Source of the DNA: Balanoglossus misakiensis
Taxonomy: Eukaryota; Animalia; Hemichordata
NCBI GenBank assembly: GCA_040954595.2
Contig: CM082595.2
Coordinates: 5,854,137-5,918,136, forward strand
DNA length: 64,000 nt
Reading direction: 5' to 3'
The notes beneath the pieces were generated by a model that was not told the DNA's origin, made no database searches, and was given only the letters and a program-made list of their open reading frames with translations. Shown piece by piece: positions 38,489-50,783 of this stretch. Numbering within the stretch: position 1 is the first letter of the stretch; every line of letters starts with the position of its first letter. The position numbers and the translations under genes were made by a program.

Positions 38489-40562
38489 CGTTTATTCATT
38501 TATTTTGTTTTATTTCTTATACTAATTCATGTCTGTTAGGCCAGAATAATGACTAAGTTTAGTGGACATAATAGCATGATTACTACTACTTCTACATTAT
38601 AATCAGGCAGTCGGTGGGAGAAATGCATGCAAAAAGAGACCAAGGTACTCCAAACAGCTCCATTTTAATCGAATTATAAAGCAAACAAGCATATTAATTC
38701 ACATACATGAACATTGCATATCTGGTGATAATGGCGTTTATGACAATCTGTCTGTGGAGACACATTCTATGCCAAGCTTTGTGCTCCAAGTGTGAAAGAG
38801 TTTTGTGGTGGTGGTTGTGCTATATCATATGTCAATAGCAATACAAGTGATGGTGGTGGTGGGCCTGCTTTTGTCTTTGCTGGTGCATCTCTGGCAGCAA
38901 CTCATGTCATCTCTCGGCGACAGCGAGTGTATAGTTCTATCCATGGTATAATTGATAGATTCGCCCTTTTACCACTGACGTCTGAATAACGGTTTATTAA
39001 GCATCATTAATATTTCACCGCCCTACAATAGGACGCGCACATCATACTTGTAAGCGCGCTGTATGCATGACTCACTGGGGAATCCACCGTGAAATTAATT
39101 ATTCAGCAGCGCTAGAGCGTACACTTTGACACGCTTGTCATATATATTCCAGGTTGGGCTGTACTCTGAATCCGACTTATTGTTAATGTTGGCGCGCCTA
39201 TTGTTATGTGAATACTAATCAATTTTATAGTTACATATATTTCTGTGACTGATGTGGTGTATTTAGATGTGCCTGCTGACAATAACATGTGTCTGGAATA
39301 TAATGTAGGGTTTGGATTTACGGTTGTATCGATCCCTCAAAAGTACTTGGACGATGAGTTTTAATGCATAACCGGTGCATATTGTAAACGTTTTGTCTTC
39401 CAGGGGGGTGATCAGTAATAATAAAATAATAGTATCTCTCGTTTTGGTAACAACTGTCTACTTGCCATCTCATATTCAGAGCAGCGCGACGAGCCAGTCA
39501 TCATTGTTGCTGTGTGAATTACCGATTAGCTCAAATCTCGATTAAGGTAGCCGAGACAATATGGCCCCAGTGTCTAAAGAAGTGAGTCCCTAAGACCTTA
39601 CACAGAGCTTGACAAATAATCATACACAATTCGATTCATCTATTGTGAGAGAACGAGGTTTAAAAAATGAAGGCCAAGACTGCTAATGTTGGTGGAAGAG
39701 ACCAAATGGATCTGAGTAGCATATAGCAGAGATATTTATATAGATATAAGCACTGGCCTAATTTCACGTGATGCAGCCAATTGGCACGATTTTAGCTGTC
39801 GTGCTAAGAATGTAGACAATTTGATGGAAGCATCGGGAGCACTTAATTTATTACTCGACAATGAGTTCATAAAACTAGTACCACCTAATGGATCTCGTGA
39901 ATCAGACTCTACGGTATGCAAGGCGAGACTTCTGCGCATGACATCTCATCCAGCAGCATGTCTGCATGGATTCCACTATTCACATTCAGGGCATGATACA
40001 TGTGCAACAGATTAAAGCGGCACAGTTGGTATGGGAATGGTTATTTGTGGTGATTTTTATTGCTCATGAAAAGTCATTAGCACTGTCACTGACTATTCTC
40101 CAGCTTACCTAATGGACTCCAACCATATATGTGAAAACAATAACATGCATGAAATATATTTATTTCAAATGGAGGGAAATGTGAAAATATGCCAGACAGA
40201 CAGACAATACATTTGAAGCTGCCATATCTGATTGTTTCCCCAACTATGTCTATATATTCTTGGTGCATCACAGTTGTGTATGTATGCATTGCATTTGCCC
40301 TCATAAGAAAGAGTAAATGAGAGCATTACTACCCATTTATAAAAAAGCTACATTAGAGCCCGCTTTCACAGCGAGTCAGACAGTCTTGTCAGACAGGCGG
40401 TGGATAATGGCACATTTAATGGCTTACCTTCACTGATGCCGGACCTGTTTCCAAATAAGCAGAGAAGTCCTTTACCATGGTGGTGGTGCTGTGTGTGCAT
40501 GTCAGTTGGAGTGTATCTGCATGTCTTTCTGTGCAAGGTTCGACCTGTGAAATATTCAATAC

Positions 40563-40897
40563 TTTATTTATTTATTTATTTATTTACACATTAAAGGATT
40601 TCCCATTTACAATACTCAAACAGGGGTAAAGACCCCTATAAGGTTGTAATCTACCATGGGGTCCTACTATAAAGTATAAAAATAAAAAGTTTAAAACAGA
40701 AAAATACAAATAGTAAAAATAAGAATTGTAAAAGTGGTGACTACAAGTAGAAGTTTCTAAAACCGTGAGGTCGTCTATCTGCTTAAATTGGTTCTGATAT
40801 AAGAGTTCAACTGAGATTTGAAATTATTTATGTTGGTACTGCATCTAACAATGTCAGGTAGAGAGTTCCAAGCTCTAGCAAGTTCCAAGCTCTAGCA
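40563..40897 (-). mobile_element. 5'-truncated LINE (CR1/L2-group) 3' end with ORF2 C-terminus and (TAAA)n tail
   Basis: Minus strand 40879-40775 translates to ARAWNSLPDIVRCSTNINNFKSQLNSYIRTNLSR*, matching the WNxLP...FKxxL C-terminal motif of CR1/L2-type ORF2. It is followed by a 3'UTR with GGACCCC...GGGGTC stem potential and a (TAAA)n tail at 40563-40586. Possible 9-bp TSD attcaatac/atacaatac. Confidence 0.85.
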
Positions 40898-41544
40898 ATA
40901 CAATACAATAACAAATACTCTGCAAATTGATTTAAATACTAACTAATGCGAAACTATGTCGTTTTCATGGACCGATGCGTCACTAAACAGACTAGATAAG
41001 GCAGACCTTCAGAATCAGTCAAAGGGCATTTTTAAATTATTGAATGTGTATTGACAGCAGAGTCCAATGGGGACTTGTGTATTTTTAATAGTATCGTTTT
41101 ATTTGCGTATTTAAACGTTTATGTGTCCGAGGGGGCTAACAGCGTAATCGCTATCCTTTATGTTATATTTTTCGAGCCGCGCTGTGTTTTATGATCGAAT
41201 TTCTTACTTTCTATCAACTGTAATATGCACATCCTAGGAAACCGCTGCTTCGTTCAATTAATTAAGGAAAAGTGCCTCCCGTTTGCTAATTGCTTTGATA
41301 ATGCCTGTAATATAGTCATTAGTGTTGAAGATATCGAGTGTTGAAATGCCAAGTGATAAGACTTTAAGCCTGTAAACATCATTCAACTTGACCCCTTTAA
41401 ATTGAACTCATGCAATTTTAATATTTAATATATAACATGGCTTGTCTAAAATTAACCTGTTAATCGTTTAATAATGCCAAGAAAGTATAATGATGTTTTC
41501 AAGGAATTACAATAAGTCGATTATTGAGTATTGCTGTGCTTTAA

Positions 41545-41729
41545 AGGTATACAGTCACCTCCAGTTTACATACGCCCATATATGGCTGAAATGGTGAATT
41601 TAAGCGTTCTAAAGAACATATGGTGGTGCTCTTTTTTTCGCGTGTGCCACCCACTGAAAATCTGTGATTGGCTAGATCTCAATTTGCCATGGAAACTATA
41701 GCTAATTTTCCATAGGTGACTGTATACCT
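41545..41729 (-). mobile_element. MITE family A (Kolobok-like), copy 3, inverted orientation
   Basis: TTAA|AGGTATACAGTCACCT ... AGGTGACTGTATACCT|TTAA. The interior is the reverse complement of copies 1 and 2. Confidence 0.9.
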
Positions 41730-44700
41730 TTAATAGTCACCATTCACAAGGATGTGAAGGAGTAAAATAAAGATAGGTCTGTTTGTTATCCAGTATCATG
41801 TAAATGCCGCCAAAGGCTCTCTGCTGGATTTGATTAAATGCGAGAAATGGCGCGTACAACGGATATCCTCCAGTTGACTATAACCCCTGACGACCACTTT
41901 CAGAAACCGCCGAACTTGTCCGTCACGATAAATGACGTCATCCTGCCACTATTAACAATTCAAACCTGAAGACTGTAGTCCCTCGATAGCCTGTACGCGT
42001 TGGTCAGGGGTGATTGGATCTGACAAATGGCTATACCGGTGACGGCGTTGTCATGCAAAATTAATACACATGCGAATCAGTGTACATTGCAAGCTTAGTT
42101 ACAGCTTCTATTGAAAGAGGAATTTCAACCCATACACTGAACTTTTAATAATGATATAAGTTAATTCAAAAATGAAAGTCTCATACATGTTTGGAGGACT
42201 AGTACAACCTTTGTTGACAGTTCAAAGTGATCCATGACTCAAGTTAACCATACAATTTGGTCGTGCCAATGTCAATTTTCTGTAGATTATTAACTTTCAA
42301 ACGGATATTACACCCTGGTGTTCACTTTGGAAGTTTGTAATTTTGATACATGATGGGTACCTAGGTGGCAATTAATATGGAAAAGGGTTCAACTATCCAT
42401 TTCAAAATACTAAATATCAGCAGATGAAAAATAGTATGCCAGTTTGAGCATGCGATCATTTGAGTGTGGGGTTGAAGCGGAGTTTATGCCATATTGTGCC
42501 TCCAACTAGGTCAAACACGATTCCTGCATTTACACCTTTACTTGAACCATTGTCAAGCAGGCCAATTATGTTGGATCGGTTTCACATTCTAAATCGTATG
42601 TATGCTTGGTGTGTATGTAGTAACTGACTCAGGGGTAATTATGCAATGTTCGCATGTGGGTATTTTAAATAGACGATACTTTCCAAGAAGAAATATTCTT
42701 CTCCCAATGATTTATTGGGGCTAATGACCACGCAGCACAATAAATACCCAGTTTGCATTGAGGTATGACAGAGCCAATTCACAAATTACTGATTCAGATA
42801 TTCGACCGATTTTCTTAAGAATGTATTTCGTACATCTGAAGCACCCACAGACAGTAATAATCCGGTGACAGGGTTATTACCGAACGACAGATATTATCTC
42901 GTCCAGTCATCTTTGGAGAACAAATGCGATCATAGATAGTCTTATCTCCGTCGTCGTATATTTTGTCGCATTCGCCAGTCTAATCAGGCTCCGTCTTTTG
43001 CAGAAGACGAAAATGTTGATAAGCGTTGCCATGCATATCTTTTTTCTCTGACAATTGGTTCTGTCAGACGAACCAGACAATTTCATGCCAGCCTTCAAAA
43101 ATTCATCGATAAGTCCATTCCAAATATACTTCCTTCCCAAAAGCTCCTAGCCACGTGAGGTTTTCATAGTGTTGCAAAGATGAATGCGATACACAGGTAT
43201 CAGACTCATCTGCACAATGGGACAGAATTTTAATATTGGATGTTTATAGACATCGTGCCTTTTCATTTGACATATACAATACATATTGGCAACGTGTAGA
43301 TTTTTTAAAAATAAGTTTCTCGCGTTTTACATTTCTTGCTGAATTAAAATGATACAAAATAAACTCCCTGACTTAGATCATTTTTTGTCATATTCTCTTG
43401 TAAGTGCGAAAGTACACTTCTTGCATTTTTATAGGCTATGCAAGAATTCAAGCGAATTATTATATCATCTTTTCCCATCATAACCTTCATTTCGTAGAGT
43501 TCAATTGTGGATTACTTAATATTTGTTTGACGTTGATTTCCAGTACTGTCAAAGTCTCCACCTTCCGTAGAATGACGTCATGTGTCATACCAGCTTGCGC
43601 AAACAGGCCGTGGAGTCAATAGAAATGCACGAATTTCCTACCCTGTTATATAACATGTGTCTGTGTTTAAATTGAAATGGACAAGTATCACTCTCCGGAC
43701 GTACGTTACGAGACATTCCTTCTACCAATAATAGAAAACCGCATCAAATGTATTCACATGACCGACTCCATGAATACAGAGCGGAGTAAAGGAAGTGGAT
43801 TGACATACCATCTTATTACTGCTGAACCTTTTCAACAGTTCTTCTAAATATACTGACATGTGTCTGATGCTTCTGGCCATATTACGTCAGACTAACGAGA
43901 GGTTACGCCTAAAGTAACTTTGTGACGATCACAATGTTTCGAATAATCACTATGTTTCTTATAATCTTTCGACGCCATGACAGGTTGAATGTGCAATACG
44001 AGCAATCAACCAAAATATAACATACCCTTCATGAATCAACTTAAAAGTCTGTTGTGCATTGAATTAATGAGGAATCTAGAAAATTGATCAATACCTTAGC
44101 CCTCAGAGAGGTGATGAACACACTAAACGTGGGCGAAATAACTACTGCACATGCTACTGATGAATGTGTGAAAGATACAAAAGCAAATGAATGTTTGGAT
44201 CGAAGTTCGATACAAGAAAGATTAGGGCCCATTTTTCTAAACAACATCTCTATAGGCAAACAGATCTGACAATTTGGTTACATTATTTTTTGTAACTTTA
44301 CTTCAGAAATGATCATAATGGTTTGTTTTGTAATGTCTTAGTAAAATGCAAAAACACTTTACCTGTCCAACTGATTCTACAGAAAACATTTGGTTCAGCA
44401 TTTTGCAGTTTTCAATTAGAAATGCATTAATTTTGTAATCGTTGAGATATCTTCAATCGCGTGACGTCTTTCAGTTAATCGTATTGTTAGCCATGTTAAA
44501 AGTATCTCTTTGAAAATTCCTTACTTTGATAAAGTCCTTAAATAACAATATACCATTGAAGGAATCCTCTTAATGCCTTTGACCTCTTACGAACTTCTTA
44601 AAACAGCTATTACTTTGTCTAGTAGATGATTTGAATTTTAACGTTACCACTTTATTGTGACTTCCTTATTTGTCTTGTCCGATTATATTTGGTGTCTAAT

Positions 44701-47700
44701 GGTTCGAGGAGCGATGAAAGACATTAAAATGCAAAGTCTTCAGTCACAGGGAAGAGTTTCTAAACTCTCGCTTTTCCTTTGTGAAGTTTCCATTACGTGC
44801 GAGTATTATATAATGCGTGAAACATATTCTTACAACCTTAATAGCTTTTAGTGTCTCTATCGTGTGATCTAATGGATGAAGATGTCAACACATTATAAAG
44901 TAACTTCAAATTTCCAAATGATGGGCAACTTGAACAAAGACTGTGCAGACGAAACGCCATGAGGCTGATGAAGCACCATACGTGATACATGTTACGTGTC
45001 TTGTGGCTCTCAAGTAAAAACATACTCAGAAAAACTTTTACTTGATGCCAAAATATTCCTTGCCTGTCACTTGGAAATGACAACGCCGTGGGTCACATGG
45101 CCAGATCACGTGATCGATAGTAAAGAATTGCTATTTGATTTATTTAAGAGTGGCCATTAAAATAACGTCGTTAACGTTTAGGATTGGTTATTTGCGAGAT
45201 GCTATGCTCTACTTGATTGTTGGAAACCGAGAAAAAAACACGTCAAATCCTTCAGCGATAGTATTCCTCTGTCTGTTTGGCTACCGTGAAATAAATACTG
45301 AACTCAGCTGTACAACAGTTTCTCCCCATAAAACTCGGTGAGCAATTTTGATAATAAAGAAATATGGAACAACTTTTATGGGTTAGTGTACTGGGGATTG
45401 GGATTACCGTGCTTATAATTCAGATTTTGCAACGCATCTGCATTTTAATATCCCTGATCGTTAGCCAGTGGCGCAAAAACAAAAAAATCCAGCTTATCAC
45501 CAGATGTTATTAAAGTTCTACTAGCTGCAATGAATGATATATTGCAGGAGCTATATCATTCACAACAGCAAAACCATTCTAATATATTGCCATTCGAAAG
45601 GGATGCCAAGCAGACTAATATTCCGCTATTTTTCATACAACCCTCAAAATTTACGACATTAATTAGATATAATCTGTTTTTAACGTAGCATTTTTATTAT
45701 GTCAATATAATTTACTGAAGTCATAGATGAGAAGACTCCGCTTGCCTATATTTCTGCGTACATGGCCATGGATAATTTCTATAATGATTGCAAAGCTGAA
45801 AACAGGATACTCTTTGCGCATGACCGAATGGCGATCTGTATACACGAATTGTGCAAAGACTGCATGTGCAAGGAAGCAGCCAGACGCGGCCCTAAAGATG
45901 GAAGATTAAACCCTATGTTATTGATGGATCAATGTGATCTTTAAATTTACTTAGCTCTTGTCTCAATTCCGACTTTGAATATACCCGAGGGCGAGTTTGT
46001 GCTTAAACCATTTTGTACGACTCGAATACAAACACAGTTCACTATCAACTGCCAAGTTTACAACCTGAGCGTTCTTGTATGTCTAATCCCAGAGGTAGCA
46101 TATATCAAACATATCTTTTTACAACTGGTATATGTACGGCAAAGTGGAATTTATCCCGTAGGATGGCAAGCTGTCTTCGTGATGACATATACAATTGTAC
46201 ATGTACATGTATATATTAAACGGAAACGCCCCACTTACCCAAACGATAAGCTGCTATGATGAGCAATGTTATTGGATCCTAATACCCCCCGAATGTCAAT
46301 GTACTTCCATTCTGTATATAGAATTTACCATACATATCAATGTTGAAATCACATTTCTACAGTATAGTGCATGGGAACTCTATCTGATTTTGCTTTCAAT
46401 ATATAGTAGTTTCTGACAGGCCACAATGACAGACTGTCAATGAATTTAAAAGCTAAGAACACATCATATCAATTATTACCATCGGCGAAAATATACCGTA
46501 CCATCATGAGCATTTGATCTTGATCAATGGGTTGCGCTGTCAACACGTTATCATTAAATTGAATTATCATTTGGAGGCAAAAATGACAAATATAAAAAAA
46601 AATTCTGTAAAACGCATAAGTCTAATCGATTGTCTTCTTGGTCTAATTGAAAAATTACAGTATCTACTGACATTTTTGAGAAAAAAATGCTAAATTATAA
46701 CATATCAAATCAGCATTTTTGAGACACTCTAAAACAGTCTAAGGTGGCTAAATAGATCATATTTTTGAATATTCATTTATCCTGGTTTCAATTCGTACTT
46801 ATTTAAACGTGGAAAATTGCTTTTCTCTGGAGATTCGTATGCAAATATCACATCTAAATTATCAGTGAGGTTGTGATATTAAGTTCGCATTATGATATAA
46901 CTGTAATGAAATTAATGTACTATAAATTGTCTAAATATAGTCAACCGCAATTTCTTTTACAAATGAAAAAGTGTATATAGAATGATTGCAGATATAGAGA
47001 TAGTGATTGAGGTTTTAGCAAGAATAAAAATAGAAGCCAGAGAGAGGAAATTAATGTAGGCCTATCATGTACAATATACATTTCCTTTGTGCGATATACG
47101 CTCTATCTGGGAATCGCGTCTGCTTGATAATGAAGGGGTTTCCATGACAACATTTAGGAGGCAAAACTTAAGTACAAAAAGCCCTTTTAGACTGACTGTG
47201 ATCTGTAAATGTAACCAGGAGATACATGTAGCAATTGTATGTATATTGCCAATCAAACGCGCTTGTGCGTATTAGCTTAAACGAAGCCCGCGGCAATTAA
47301 GCCCTAACTGTGATTCTTGGTTGCAAAGTCGCGGGGCTCTTAACTTGTTGGGTAGACATCATTAAGGAGATGTTATCCCCCATCTGACTGTACCGCTTTT
47401 CCAAAGTTCACGAGAAACGTGAATGAAAATCAACTTGAAAAATAAATTTACGGAAATGCCCAAAAGCTGATTGGACCCCTGCCTAGGTTAATTAAATCTC
47501 CAAGGTAGATCTCCAAGATGTAATATTATATCCAACCCAGTTTTTAGATTACTGTGTCGTAAAATGTCCCTTAAATTATTGTGACTAGTAAATTGCCGAC
47601 TTGCGGCCATTATATTGCAAAGGAAAGTGTAGATATTGAGATTTTCTATGCAAAGACGGCACGTATGTTTCTTACCTTATGTGTGACAGTATTCCCTACT

Positions 47701-50672
47701 ATGGCCCATCCGTACATCAGTACTTGGAGTTAATATAAGTACATAACATTTCCAAAGTGATCTTGCCTCTGTTCAGTCTTATACCGGTAGATTCCTATAA
47801 GGAGCACACTAAGCATAACTATGTATACATGTACTTTAATTTGAGATACGATTGTATTAACATTGTAAAGAAACAATTGATCTACATTGTTTTTAACTAA
47901 GAGTCTATCTGAAGTATTGCAATAGAATACTATCCAATGTGTAACATACTAACCAAGTTATACGTTGAAATGAATACATGCCTTGGAATAGCTGATTTAT
48001 AGTCATCGTTATTTTCTATATTTCCCACAGAGGGTGATTTGGGCATTTAAAACATTATGCAACGTGCCGGGCATTTCAGACATGCTTCAACTATAAAATT
48101 CCTAATCTCAACTGAGAATATTTTACCGTTTGTTGGAATTTGGCAGTGATAACAGCAAATTGTATTAATTCGTGCCCCGAGTCGCATAAACATATAATTA
48201 CTGATACGTGTTCATACGTTCCGTTGACGTGACTGGCGTGACCAGGTCTTTTGGGTTGTTTTGAAAACAGTCAGTGTATTTTTGCTTGAATCTTTAGGCA
48301 AGGTTGGGAAATTATAGATATGCTGATTGCACCCAATTATCATGGTTCTTATCAGATTAGGAGAATAATGCAACCAGTGAGGTACGGTTGGTCATTCAAG
48401 CAGAGAAATGTAAAGAAAATGAAAATTCTTTGTTACGATGTTATCAAAAAACTTGTATGTCATGGCGATTTTCTGTTGTGTGTATACTTCAAATTGGCCT
48501 TGACACAAGGAAAACTTAATTTCAGGTTAATACAAATATAAACAGTGTCGGGAGGGTTACCCATTGGATATTATCCCAAACATCGGTGAAGGTTAGGACT
48601 ATGAGAAAATGTCCAGTTTCTTTGGTGGTATATAATAATAATAGTTGCATATGTGTGCGGGTAACAGCTTTAGTCATAAAGTAGACGGGTTTGACAAAAT
48701 ACATTGTTGAGGGACACAGTTTAAAATGCCTTACTGATCCTCTAGAAACAAAATGGGACCGATACACTCTTTATCTAACCGTCTTTTTATCTAAACGCAT
48801 TGCAGAGTTTATTTAACTCTTGCGCGGTTCCAACTCACAAAGAAAATAAGTAACATAAATCGTTTCCCGTCATTAAATTGTCTAGAAAATAGGCCGCGTC
48901 GAACGTTAACACGAGTTATCTTCTTCAATATCGACCAGTGGGCTTTATAAAACATTCAATCTCCATCATGTAGTTTTTTAGAGTGCGAAAAATGCAAATT
49001 TCAAATATACATGTACAATGCTCATTTATATACTTTCAAATTTCATATATTACAATATCAATGTTTTGTACTTTGTCAGGTCATTCAATTAAAAATATTG
49101 TGTATACTCTCAAAAGACTTTTCTCCAAAGAGAATTTGCTTCTACTGAGATACTATGGAAACTTTCACCATTCAAGCTTTCCCCTCAGGCCAGTCTGACT
49201 ATTACACTCCCCAATTTATTAGTCAACCTGTATTTCACGTACTTCTACTGAAACAGGATCATAAAGATTATAAGGCGATCTTTAAAACAATGGCATTTCT
49301 AGACATAAACTGATTATGTCTACGGGTGATGGAGACCGCTCAGAGAAAGGGGTCATGCGCAATTTTGAGAGGATACATTACGGCATTTTAATGCAAAGTA
49401 ACCGGGGCAACGGCCATTAAATGTATGTACAGCCTCGTCAGTACTCGCCCATCCATTCATCCAGAGCTCATCAGCGAATGGACCTCTCTGCGAAGTAAAT
49501 TGTTCAAGGTGTTTGGATGTCCTGAACACAGATTCAATTACATAACGTAAACGTAAATTCTAACGGCCCTTCGGATAAGAAAGTGCATTAGAGCAACCGT
49601 AAATCATCACTAATTGAGTGCCTTCCTGGCTCGGGCAAATCGAAAGTAATGCCACAATCGTGAATCCTCAACCTTCTAGGCCGGCCATACAGCGGCAATT
49701 TTATGTTGCATGACAGCTTCTGACGTGGCAATCTGATTAAAAGCAGCCTATATAGATACAGGCTCCGTGGTTACCTTTGCTAGGTCTTTGCTGTTCTCGT
49801 CTGCAGAGTCTGCAGCAGCTGAACGAGAACAGTAAAGATACAGAAAAGATACCGTGAGAGTAAAGACGGTATATCGCCATTGTTGATTTCAATCTAATTT
49901 GTGACACGAATGCTAGGACCCTCAAGCAACTCTATATGTGGGTATACAGTAGTGTTTAACATGAGATGAAACATTCATAACAGGACTAATACAATCACTT
50001 AGTCAGGTAGGCAGGCAAGCAGTCGTTTGATGGATGTAGATCAATCAATCATGCAATTAATCAATCAAATATCGATTAATAAATATGGACAGATGTACTC
50101 GATGTAAAATTCAAATGCTGGCTTAGAAATCAATAGTAAAATGGCCTTAGGACGGTGGATATTGATTAAATGATGTGTCACGTATACATCTTGAGATCTA
50201 TCCCAGGCTGTAAAAACAGCTTAGATACCTGAAGTGCGCATGCGTACAAATGTGTTTGTGTCATTTTACCAGCTGCAATCTCAGACTTTCGTGCTCGATA
50301 AGATCTTATCTCTTCTTTTTTTCATAAAAATGGCATTACGTTTCCACTCGATTCCCGTTAAAAGTACATTTGTCTAGCAGATAACCTGGCAAATGTATGC
50401 TGTGGTAAAAAAGAACATTGGATGTGATAATTCTGTGCGAGTCACGGATTAAAGCCTGTTGTTGTAGGTGCATTATCTTCGCAACATTTGTCTCAGAAAC
50501 ACTTTTTAAAGGTAGAAAAAACAATATAACATTGTTGTGGTTGGTCAAAGCAAAATCCGTGATTGTATGAAATAATTAAAGGTACCACTTAACTTAACGA
50601 AATTGATTGTTAGTGGACCATCATGGCCAAAATGTCATCCCACATAAACTGCATAGCCACGTGAGAGCTCGC

Positions 50673-50783
50673 AGGATCTCATGGTGTTTGGAAAATGCCA
50701 TATATCATTCATGTTCTTCCACACGCTGGGATCTCATAGGATCTCATGGAGTTTGGAAAATGGCATAAATCATTCATGATATT
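50673..50783. repeat. Short tandem duplication (~45-bp core, 65-bp period)
   Basis: aggatctcatgg.gtttggaaaatg.cata.atcattcatg occurs at 50673 and 50738. Confidence 0.85.
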
